A program made the position numbers and the translations under genes. DNA of 64,000 nt, taken from NCBI GenBank assembly GCA_043228905.1, contig JBHGNT010000011.1:4278001-4342000 (forward strand), in the 5' to 3' direction. Below are positions 18,822 through 29,526 of the stretch, piece by piece (positions within the stretch are counted from its first letter, which is position 1; every line of letters begins with the position of its first letter). The notes below the pieces were generated by a model. It was not told the DNA's origin. It searched no databases and saw only the letters and a program-made list of their open reading frames with translations. This stretch comes from Azolla caroliniana. Its lineage: Eukaryota > Plantae > Polypodiophyta.

Positions 18822-19102
18822 CTCCTTATGTTCCTTAGTTCGTTTAGACGTCATTTTCGTGTCAATAAGATAAAGATAAAAGAAATGGGTGGGAGACTTA
18901 GCCGAGCCTATGTGGATCACATTCTCGATTCGCACATAGCACACAACGAGCACACCAAAAGAACCCACCAAAGGATCCACACACGCACAGGCAAGGGGTA
19001 GCAGACAATGACAACACGGCAGTAGACTACGGCAATAGACGGCAGACGATGACAGCACGGTAGTAGTGCAACAGCAGAACACACGGCAGAGCAACGCACA
19101 AC
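18822..19102 (-). mobile_element. L0: 5' UTR and ORF1 start of an RTEX-like LINE, interrupted by C2
   Basis: ATG at 18854 gives MTSKRTKEHKE before running into the C2 LTR; resembles the L1 ORF1 start MTSRRNHKE (40637) and has a similar GCC/GTC-rich 5' UTR that begins at a (CT)n tract. Confidence 0.6.
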
Positions 19103-19176
19103 AGAGAGAGAGAGAGAGAGAGAGGGAGGGAGGGAGGGAGAGAGAGAGCGAGAGAGAAAGAAAGAAAGAAAGAAAG
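19103..19176. repeat. (GA)n/(GGGA)n/(GAAA)n microsatellite at the L0/L1 junction
   Basis: Read directly from the sequence. Confidence 0.95.
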
Positions 19177-19988
19177 ATATATTAACGTCTTCTAAGGCCA
19201 AAATTGGCCCATGAGACAAATGGTTTACAACAAAAAATGGGATATTTACCCATTCATCAAAAGTAAAACATAAAAATAAAAATAGAGTTTTAAGCTAAAT
19301 AGTTCTAATAAAATAAAATAACAAACATGTTCTACAATGAAAATGATGTTATATTAGGCCTAATTTCATTTCCATCCAAGTCTCTCGAAGAGGAGCGGGA
19401 GGTCAAAGGGTTTCGATGTGGATGTGGCCCTGGCCCCAATGTAAAAGGTACCCCAACCATAGCTTCGAGTCCACGTAGCTCATGTTCCCTTATCTTCTTA
19501 ATCCTTTCTACTCCGTGTCAACTTGTTTTGAAGCCCAACATCCGAGGGCGTTTGGTTGTTCTTTGTGTTTCGGCTTCCTCAAGAGAGAGGCCGAGCGGCG
19601 TAAGTGTATCCACATTCATCGTCTCCCCTTGTTCCTAAAACATTACACTAGTTACAAGTTGATGAATAGTAAAAGGGTTATGGTTAACACTTTGTAATTT
19701 ATTCTCCCTATGTTGTTTTAGCTCTAAGATATACCTACCTAGTCTCTTTACATCGGAGGTATCTAATAGTTTGGAGAGGGTGGGAGAGGTTCCTAATATG
19801 TCTTGGTATTCCACTCATATCGCGGCATAAGTTGGGCACTTGCATGTGAAGTGATACTCATCCTCTATCTCTATGTGGCATATCACTTTTTTACGGTCTT
19901 CATGAGATATTAGAGTTTGGTCAGTCCCATGGTTGTACTTAAGGGGGGGTAGGTTATTAATGTCTAGGCCGCTTTGCAAGTAACCAAC

Positions 19989-22548
19989 TCACCACAATGC
20001 TATACCAAGAGCTAGTGTCTCCAGACGCATGTAGGGATCGAGATGCCCATAGGCTCGACGGGATATCCTATCTTGTGGTTGGGTATGTATCCGATGAATA
20101 AAAACTACCACTTGAAACAGTGCTTCTACTAACATCGGGGGTAGACTGAACACTGCTCTAATAATGTCATGTGGTATTGTTGATTTGCTTCGGAGTTGAC
20201 GTGATAACATCGTCACCAAAGGTCTCTCTAATTGCGTCCACATGAAAGGTGGTAGACCTGGAGCCCATACTATTGATGCATACATGAGGGAAGGGGTCAC
20301 TAATGAGTCGAAGAGCCATCCCCTACTCCGTGGCTCTTGAAAGTATGCTTGGTGGCATTGTCTCTCTAAGAGTGAGAGGGATGCATACCCTCTCGTTAGC
20401 CTATCTTTGGTTGCCTGGGTCATCGATAATTTACCTGAGCGAGCACTAAAAGTGACTCCCAAGTATACATACGATCCAACTACCTCAACTAGTTTATGAG
20501 AGAGGATTAGGTGACATTTACTCCTAACTCGGGACGATGTATGAAAGATAAGTACTTTAGTTTTCGCTAGATTCACTACTAGTCCTCGTTGTGTACAAAA
20601 GTCATCTAGGGCATTAAGATGCTTTTGTAGGTCGTGTTTTGACTCCGAGAGCAAGACAATGTCTTCTGCATAAAGTAAGAGACTAACTTGCGTATCCCCA
20701 ATAGCTACTCCCTTGCCTCTCTTACGAGCAATAAAATCAGTGATCTCATCAATGTCGATCCCAAAAAGAGTCGGTGATAGGGGGCAACCTTGTTTTACAC
20801 CAATGGTGCTAGTGAAACAATCAGATAGGCCACCTAGGCATCTTATGCACCTAGAGACTTGCTCATATAGGGCATAAATGGCCCAGATCATGTCATTTGG
20901 TATCTCCAAACTCTTACATCTATCAAACAACTTCTCCCTAGGAACTGTGTCAAAGGCTTTGCGGAAGTCCACAAAGCAACAATATGGTTTCTTCTTACGA
21001 GCCTTCGTCTGGTCAATTAAGCACCTAAGTGTGAAGATATGGTCAATAGTGGAGAAGGCTCGTCTAAAGCCAACCTGCTCAGGTGCTCGAAGACTTAATG
21101 TTTCCATATAATCGCTAAGCTCTGCTTCCATTGCCGCACCATATAGTTTAGCGAGTGTATGGCCTATCATAATGGTCCTATATGTATTTGGGTCCATTGG
21201 GTCCCCTCCTTTATGTATAGAGGCCACTGTGTTCATGGTCCATTGTGGTGAAAAACCCTCGGCAAGAGCGAGGTTGAAGATTAGAGTGAGAAAGGGGGCT
21301 AGGCACTCTCGAGCATATATGATGTGCTCGGTTCGCAATCCTGTGTGGTCCATGGATTTCCTATGTTGTAATTTTTTTTATGACCTTCGTGACCCTAGAT
21401 GTCGTGAAAAGTGTCCCCATGTTAAGTTGGGGTGTGGAAGGCATTGGGATGGGTGGTTGGTTCGGGACATGGTAGAGTCTCTCGATATAAGTGTGCCAAA
21501 TATTGGGATCCTCGATGGGTGTTTGTGGTCACAGTTCCCGTAGTCTCTTACATGCAAGGGCGCAATCCCTACTCATGAGCATATGGTAGAGTTCCCAATA
21601 TTGAGATGCTTTCCAAGCTCGTCTTTTACGACGTGTCATCTTGCGCATCTCTTTTCGAGCCTGTATTGAGGAAATAGTACCACTAAGTCACGACACTTTA
21701 AGTTGTCTATACAACTCTCTACAATCCTCGTCATACCACTTGTGCTGTGGCATAGACCCTATTCTACTATGACTGGAGTGTTTCGTGTATGGGAAGCTAC
21801 TAATTGCTTCCGAGTGAAGGGTGTGTGCGAGTTCTATAATGAGGTTCTCTAAAGGCAAGGAAGAATCAAAAGAGGAGAGATGGGCTTGAACATGTCCAGA
21901 GTAGATGTCAGTGAGCTCATGCGTGAAATGTATTATGGTGTGCTGGTTTGGTTGACTAGAGTTGGAGGCGTGGGAGGTGTCGCATTTTCGCTCAAAGTAT
22001 AGGAAGCTATGGTCTGCACCAATGGGGCATGGGTCCACCCGGAAGGAGTTAACCATGTGGGTAGCTTCAGGGCATCCTATTAGGTAATCAACTGTGCTTT
22101 CCCCTCCTCCATGTGGGAAACATGTGAGCGCTTCCGAGCCCGGCCACTTCGCTAAGCCATTATATATGATCATCTGGTGTCGGCTTCCAAGTTCAAGCAG
22201 ATGATGGCCAAAGCTTGTGGCGTCCACACCTTGATCCTTTGATGTACGCGTTATGTCTAAGTCTAAAGGGTCGACATTCACCATTTCGAGGTTTCTATCC
22301 ATTTGAAATATTGTGCATTGTCGGGATTGGGTTCTCGCATTGAAATCTCCTACAAGGAAGACTTTCCCTTGAGAAGAATATTGGATTATGTCATCCGATA
22401 AAGGTTCATATGGAGAAGGCCCATGCGGCGTTCCTTCATCAACTATACTCGCCTCTCCAGCCATATTATACCGGGATCCTTTCGAGGGGAAGTAACACAC
22501 AGTGATAAATATCTCTTGGTCCTTGCTAGTGAGGACTTTCACCCACAT
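19989..22548 (-). pseudogene. L1 ORF2 (endonuclease C-terminal half and reverse transcriptase), disrupted
   Basis: ORFs 21688-22548 and 19989-21353; catalytic YADD changed to YAED. Confidence 0.9.
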
Positions 22549-23164
22549 AAAACGGTGTCGTGAAGAAAACCGGCCATAGGTGGAGTCGGAGAGAAAGCGC
22601 GTAAACCGGCCCTTACACGGATGGACGCGTGACTTGATATTTTGTACACGAACCGGTGGATGTAGATACTAAGCCACACGCATTTATTAGAGGGGGATTG
22701 TGCATATCCCTGTCAGAGGGACAAGGAATAAAGCGAATGGACAAGGAAAAAAAGGGAGGAGATCGCACGGGAGAGAGAGGAGGAAGCGCTACTGCAGAAC
22801 CGAGGGGGGAGCTCTCTCTCTTCTCCTACAACCATCATTCTCTGCGGGCGTCGGGAGTTCGCTACCTCTGCTTAGGGGACAGCCCGTGTGCTTCCAGCAG
22901 AGTCTCTCCTTCCCCCCCTTTGTTTTTGGGAGTCGTGTGACTGTCGTCGGTGTGCGTGAGTAGGGTCCCCGTGTCGGGTTCGTCACCGCCTTGTCAGTTG
23001 TAACCGTTGGAGCTTGTAATCTCTTGTCATTGTAATTAAGTGTTACGTTCTATATCTCTCTTTCTCGCTTCCACGTGTCAGTGAATCTCTCTCTCGCTCC
23101 TCGGTCCAAGACCGCCGTGGTCCCGCCCCTTTCTACACGTACGCACGTAACAACGCGACATATT

Positions 23165-23182
23165 TAGTGAACCCGACGTGAA
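23165..23182 (+). promoter_or_regulatory. G2 primer binding site complementary to tRNA-Trp
   Basis: TAGTGAACCCGACGTGAA versus TGGTGAACCCGACGTGAA expected from the plant tRNA-Trp 3' end as recalled (one mismatch). Confidence 0.8.
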
Positions 23183-24545
23183 AAGGCGGCAAAGGAGTCG
23201 AAAGATGAGGGGATCGGAGCTAGCAAAGGCAATGGCGGTGGCCGTCGACCAGCTGGTGAGCGCTTGTGAGGGAACGGGTACCCTCGACAAAGCCATTGAA
23301 TCAATCGTCGGCTCTATAGGCCGTTTCGGAGGGAAAGATGCCACAAGTTATTTGGAGGCTTACCGGGACGAAATGACCATGAGGGATATCCCAGTGGATA
23401 GGCGGCTGTCCGGATTCCCTCGGGTGGTGACGCCGGGCATCCATGCGGAGGTGCTCGAGGTGCTGGCCGGATGCCAGACTTGGGAGGAGTTCGAGCTGCA
23501 GCTCCTCGAGAAGTACGGGTTTGATGACTCACACCGGCTGTCGAGGCGGGACTTCATGGCGTGGGTGGAAAGCCCCGGAAAGGGGAGGAACACGTCGGTG
23601 CTCCTCCAGGAGTTCGAAAAATGGTTCGCGCGGCTGTCGACGCTGGACCGGATGGTACTCGAAACAAGTCGAGTACTGTTGTTTGTCAAGTCGGTGGATG
23701 CGCTCGACAGAGAAAAGGTGGGTCCCCTATTGGAAACGGACGAAGGGCTCACGATGGATTGGGCCATGGTAAAACGGGTCTACAGCCGTTTCGACAAACG
23801 GCACGATTGGAGCGACGGAAGCACGTCGGGGTCGGGGCCGGTCCCGGGGAGGAGGCTCGAGGAGCCGGTTTCGGTGCCGGTTGGGAGGAAGGAAGAGACC
23901 CGAATCTGGCCGGAGTCGGGGTCGGCATCAAACGACGTGGTCAGAGGCCCATCCGGAGGAGCGGCTCTGGAGGAGCTAACACAAATGGTGCACGACCTGC
24001 AGATCGCACAGGCCCGGAGACGATGGTGAAAAACCTCGCGACCGGAGGCGCCGGCTGGGCAACGGTCTTTGTCGGAATTCCGTGCTCGGCCACAACCGAG
24101 GAACAGGATCGATTCACAGAAAACGGGAAATGCAACAATGCACGAAAACAATAGAGAGAAGGGCACACTGGATGTTTTACGTGGAAAACCCTAAATGGGA
24201 AAAACCACGGGAGTGCAAGACTCCAACTATCACTATACGCGGGAATGTACAATGGCGAGCTGCAAGGCGACGACCTTGAGATCGCTGTCCTCGCCACAGG
24301 CGGCGGTATTACACAGAGGCGTCGACCTCTTCCTTCCTCCTTCTCTCTCACTCTCTCTCGGCTGCTCTCACTTCGCTCCCTCTTAGTGGAAAACAGAAAA
24401 ATGAGCAACAGCAGCCTTAACTGTTTGCCCTAAGTCATATTTATACACATATGACTTTCGGGCTATTTACAAATATAGCCTCAAGGGCTCTTGGCAAACA
24501 TATTCACAAATATGTCTCCGCATCCGGATCTCTCTCCGGGTACAT

Positions 24546-24707
24546 TCATCATCCGGCTCCGTAACCGGGGTCTTCATCATCCGGCTCCGTAGCCGGGGTC
24601 TTCATCATCCGGCTCCGTAACCGGGGTCTTCATCATCCGGCTCCGTAGCCGGGGTCTTCATCATCCGGCTCCGTAACCGGGGTCTTCATCATCCGGCTCC
24701 GTAACCG
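24546..24707. repeat. 28-bp tandem repeat in C4 U3 (6 copies here, 4 at ~29360-29465)
   Basis: Unit TCTTCATCATCCGGCTCCGTA(A/G)CCGGGG. Confidence 0.95.
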
Positions 24708-24778
24708 CAACCGGGCTTGCCGTCATTCATCTCCGGACATCCCATCCGGAGGGACCGAAATCCCAACAAACTCCCCCT

Positions 24779-27700
24779 TCACTTCGGCATGGGATGTCTC
24801 TCCAGTCCGATCCTCTTCCGGCATGCTTCCAGCTTGTCGGGTGTGAGCACCTTGGTCAGCATATCCGACCCGTTCTCGTCCGTGTAGACCTTCGTCAGCA
24901 CGAACTCCTTGTCTTCTATCCTTTCCCGAATCCAGTGATATCTTCGCTGGATGTGCTTCGTCCGGGAGGGATAAGCCGCGTTCTTCGCAAGGTGGATGGC
25001 ACTCTGACTGTCGCAGTAGAGTCGGTACTCCTCCTGCTGGATACCGAGCTCTCTAATGAAGTCCTTCATCCATATTATTTCCTTGCCGGCTTCAACAGCC
25101 GCCATGTACTCCGCCTCCGTGGTTGACAACGCAACCGTCTTCTGCAGCCTCGACTGCCACGAAACAGCTCCACCTGCATACGTCATCACATACCCTGATG
25201 TGGACCGGCTGGTATCTGCATCAGCCGACATATCCGAATCGGTAAAGCCGTCGAATTCGGGCTTACCGGAGCCGAATCGGAGGCACACGTTTGCCGTGCC
25301 CTTCAGGTATCGGAGTATCCACTTGACCGCGTTCCAGTGCTCTTTGCCGGGATTGCTCATGTACCGGCTCACCACTCCAACTGCATATCCTATGTCCGGT
25401 CTTGTACACACCATTGCGTACATTAAGCTTCCGACGGCAGAGGCATATGGTACTTTCATCATGTCCTCCTTCTCAGCCTTTGTCTTGGGGCTTTGCTTGC
25501 TGGACAACTTGCAGTTTCCCGGGAGGGTTGACCCGACCGGTCTTGCTTCCGACATGTTGAACCGGTGAAGCACCTTTGTCACGTACATCTCCTATGACAG
25601 CCACAACTGCTTCTTCTTCCGGTCCCGGATGATGTGCATCCCTAGTATTTGCCTCGCCGGACCCAGGTCCTTCAATGAGAAGGTTCGGTGAAGCGCTTTC
25701 TTCAGCGTCCGTATCTTGACCTGGTCCCGTCCGACGATCAACATGTCGTCCACGTACAGGAGGAGTATTAGAGAGTCTCCTCCTTCGAACTTCTTCACAA
25801 ACACGCAGTGATCAGACTGCGTTTTGTGGTACCCTTCGTCGGTCATGAAGGAGTCGAACTTCCGGTACCATTGCCGGGGAGCCTGCTTCAGTCCGTAAAG
25901 GCTCTTCTTCAACCGGCATACCAGGTGCTCCTTCCCTTTCTTCTCGAATCCTTCCGGTTGTTGCATGTAGATCTCTTCTTCGAGGTCACCGTGAAGGAAT
26001 GCCGTCTTCACGTCCATCTGTTCTACCTCGAGGTCCATGCTTGCCACTATGCTCAGCACCGTCCGGATGGAGGTCATCTTCACTACCGGGGCGAATATCT
26101 CGTCGAAGTCGATGCCCTTCTTCTGCTGAAACCCCTTCACCACGATCTTGGCTTTGTATCTCGGGGGGTTTCCGGCATCTCCCGGTTTCAGCTTGAACAC
26201 CCACTTGTTTCGAAGTGCCCGCTTTCCTTTCGGCAACTCCACAAGTTCATATGTGTGGTTCTCATGCAAGGAATCCATCTCGTCCTGCATGGCACTCAAC
26301 CACCTGCAGCTCTGGGTGTCATGCTTTGCTTCTTCAAAGCTCTCCGGCTCCCCTTCGTCGGTTAGCAGCACGTGCTCTGGTTCCGGAAATCTCCGGGGGG
26401 CCCTTCTCTCTCTTAGAGGATATCTCCGTTCCGGAGCTTCGGTAACCGGTTCTTCCGATTCTTCTTCATCCGAATCCATTTCGGGATCAGGGCCGGTTCC
26501 GGTATCATTTTCATCTTCTTCGGCCGGTTCTGTTTCTTCATAGTCTTCGGCCGGATCCTCGAGTGTTAACCGGTCCCTTGCCGGTCGGGACTGCTCCTCG
26601 TAGAGTTGATCCTCACCGGTCGACTTGGAGCTCTTCATCTTCTTCTCCGACTCCCAGTCGGCGAGTGTCTTGTCCTCCATGAAGATGATGTCTCGACTCC
26701 TGAATATCTTCTTGTCGACCGGGTCCCATACTCGGTAGCCGAACTCGTCGTCGCCGTAACCGAGGAATATGCATAGCCGGGTCTTTGGATCTAGCTTTCC
26801 TCTCCGGTCCTTTGCCACATGCACGTATGCGAGACACCCGAACACCTTCAGATGCCGGTAGGACACTTCCTTACCGGTCCACACTTTCTGCGGCGTGTCT
26901 CCGTCCAAAGGTACTGAGGGTGATCTGTTTATCACGTATGTCGCCGTCGACATTGCCTCAGCCCAAAACCCCTTGGGTAATTTCGCATGCGCCAGCATAC
27001 TCCGGACCCTCTCCATTATGGTCCGGTTCATCCTCTCGGCCAGCCCGTTTAGTTCCGGCGTCTTCGGCACAGTAAACTCGAGCCGGATTCCCTTCGAGCG
27101 ACAGTACTCCTGGAACTGCCCCCGGTATTCCCCTCCGTTATCCGCTCGTATCGCTTTCAGCTTCTTGCCGGATTCCCTTTCCACTCTCGCGTGGAGTTCT
27201 TTGAAGACGGACAACACTTGGTCCTTTGTCTTCAACGGCGCCGTCCACAGCTTCCGGCTGTGATCATCAATGAAAGTCACGAAGTACTGGGCTCCGCCAT
27301 GTGACTTCGTTTCTACCTGACACACATCCGTGTGCACCAACTCCAATGGTGCGCTACATCTCGTCGGTGGCCTTGAGTGGAAGGAGGTTCGGTTCTGCTT
27401 ACCGGCCAGGCAATCGGTGCACTTCTCTAGATGCACATGCTTCACTGGAATGAGGTTGTCTTCTGCAAGCCTCTTCATCCCCTTCTCGCTCATGTGGCAC
27501 AGTCTCTTGTGCCACAGCTCACCGGCAGTGTCGGCTGCCACGTTCAGCTCCTCCGGACATAGCCGGGAATTCATCAGGTACAGGGTGTTGACCTTCCGGG
27601 CCCGAGCCACTATCAGGCTCCCCTTGCTGAACTTCATGACACCGTTCCGGATGCTACCCGTGTAGCCTTCATCATCTAGCCTCCCGGCCGAGATCAAGTT

Positions 27701-28867
27701 CAATCGGACCTCCGGAACGTGTCGCACATCCTTCAACAGCATCTTGCATCCGGTTGATGTCAACAGCCACACGTCTCCTATGCCGGCAATCCGGCATGTG
27801 CCTTCATTTCCCATCCGGACACAGCCGTGCTCACCGGCTGTGTAGGATGAGAAGTATTTCTTCTCCGGGGTCAGGTGGAACGACGCTCCGGAATCGACCA
27901 CCCAGGTCATCTCTACACCGGCAAGGTTCAGCTCCCTCTCTTCGGTAATAAGCATTATCTCTTCTTCACTTGCCGCGAGTGCCGTCATTCCTTTCCGGTC
28001 CTGCCCTCGCCGATCCGGACCTCTCCGGTCCGTGGCTCCCCGGTATGCACCGTTTCTCTCCGGTGACTTCTTCGAATCGGTGTCGTCGGCTCCGTTGTCT
28101 TTTCGGTAATGCCGACAATTCTTCCGGAAGTGCCCCGGCTTCCCACAGTGGAAGCATGTGGGTCTTCCTCTTGACTGCGACCGGGTCCCCGACTTCTCCC
28201 GTCTTTGCGGACTCCGGTTCCATTGTCTTCCCCGTTCCGATTCGGTAAGCAGCGCCTTCGAGTCGGAGACCGGTTCTTTATCTCTCCGGCGCGCTTCTTC
28301 GTTCAAAATACTTGTCTTTACTGTTTGTAGGGACAAGTTATCTTCGGTGCAGGAGGTGCTGAGAGTCACCACCAAGTTCTCCCAGCTGTCCGGCAATGTA
28401 CACATCAGGATGATGGCTTGCATTGCATCCTCCAACGGGAACTTGATCGCCGCAAGCTGGTTCACGAATCCCATGAACGTCCTTACGTGTTCCACCATAC
28501 TCTCGCCGTCCCGGTACTTGAGGTTCACTATCTTTCTCATCAGGGAGGTCCGGTTCAACGCATTCTTCCTCTCGTAGAGGCCCGACAGCTTCCTCCACAT
28601 CTCATATGCGTTGGTGTCGTTCGCCACGTGTTGTAGAACGCTCACGTCGACGTATTGCCGAATGGTTGCAACGGATTTCCGGTTCAGAAGCCTCCACTCC
28701 GTCTCAAGTACCCCCTTGGGTATTTCCGACCTGTCGATCGGTTCATACAGGTCCCGAACAATGAGCAGATCCTCCATCTTTATCTTCCAGTCGGCGTAGT
28801 TCTGCGCATTCAGCACCATCATCCCCGGCTGCCCGCTGCTGCCGCCTTCCATTTTCTGTGTTACCAT
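24779..28867 (-). pseudogene. C4 gag-pol, intact except for one nonsense codon at 25592-25594
   Basis: ORFs 25592-28909 and 24779-25588 are in frame; WLS(Q>*)E is consistent with CAG>TAG; CFHCGKPGHFRKNC, VDSGAS, HTDVC, YVDD, LSTTEAEY. Confidence 0.95.
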
Positions 28868-29526
28868 CGCTCTGATACCACTTTGTCGGAATTCCGTGCT
28901 CGGCCACAACCGAGGAACAGGATCGATTCACAGAAAACGGGAAATGCAACAATGCACGAAAACAATAGAGAGAAGGGCACACTGGATGTTTTACGTGGAA
29001 AACCCTAAATGGGAAAAACCACGGGAGTGCAAGACTCCAACTATCACTATACGCGGGAATGTACAATGGCGAGCTGCAAGGCGACGACCTTGAGCTCGCT
29101 GACCTCGCCACAGGCGGCGGTATTACACAGAGGCGTCGACCTCTTCCTTCCTCCTTCTCTCTCACTCTCTCTCGGCTGCTCTCACTTCGCTCCCTCTTAG
29201 TGGAAAACAGAAAAATGAGCAACAGCAGCCTTAACTGTTTGCCCTAAGTCATATTTATACACATATGACTTTCGGGCTATTTACAAATATAGCCTCAAGG
29301 GCTCTTGGCAAACATATTCACAAATATGTCTCCGCATCCGGATCTCTCTCCGGGTACATTCGTCATCCGGCTCCGTAACCGGGGTCTTCATCATCCGGCT
29401 CCGTAGCCGGGGTCTTCATCATCCAGCTCCGTAACCGGGGTCTTCATCATCCGGCTCCGTAACCGCAACCGGGCTTGCCGTCATTCATCTCCGGACATCC
29501 CATCCGGAGGGACCGAAATCCCAACA

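Larger units (their letters stand above)
24070..29526 (-). mobile_element. C4: young Tork/Tnt1-like copia inserted in G2 gag
   Basis: LTRs 24070-24768 and 28884-29526 (about 4 substitutions plus a 56-bp repeat-number difference), PBS rc 28869-28880, PPT rc 24771-24778. Confidence 0.97.

Noticed and set aside
22973-22981. GTCGGGTTC in the G2 5' LTR, complementary to its PBS
   Set aside because: Only 9 nt and altered in the 3' LTR; the tRNA-Trp match explains priming better.
24546-24707. CRISPR-like 28-bp repeats
   Set aside because: Contiguous tandem units with no spacers, inside a copia LTR, and no cas genes.
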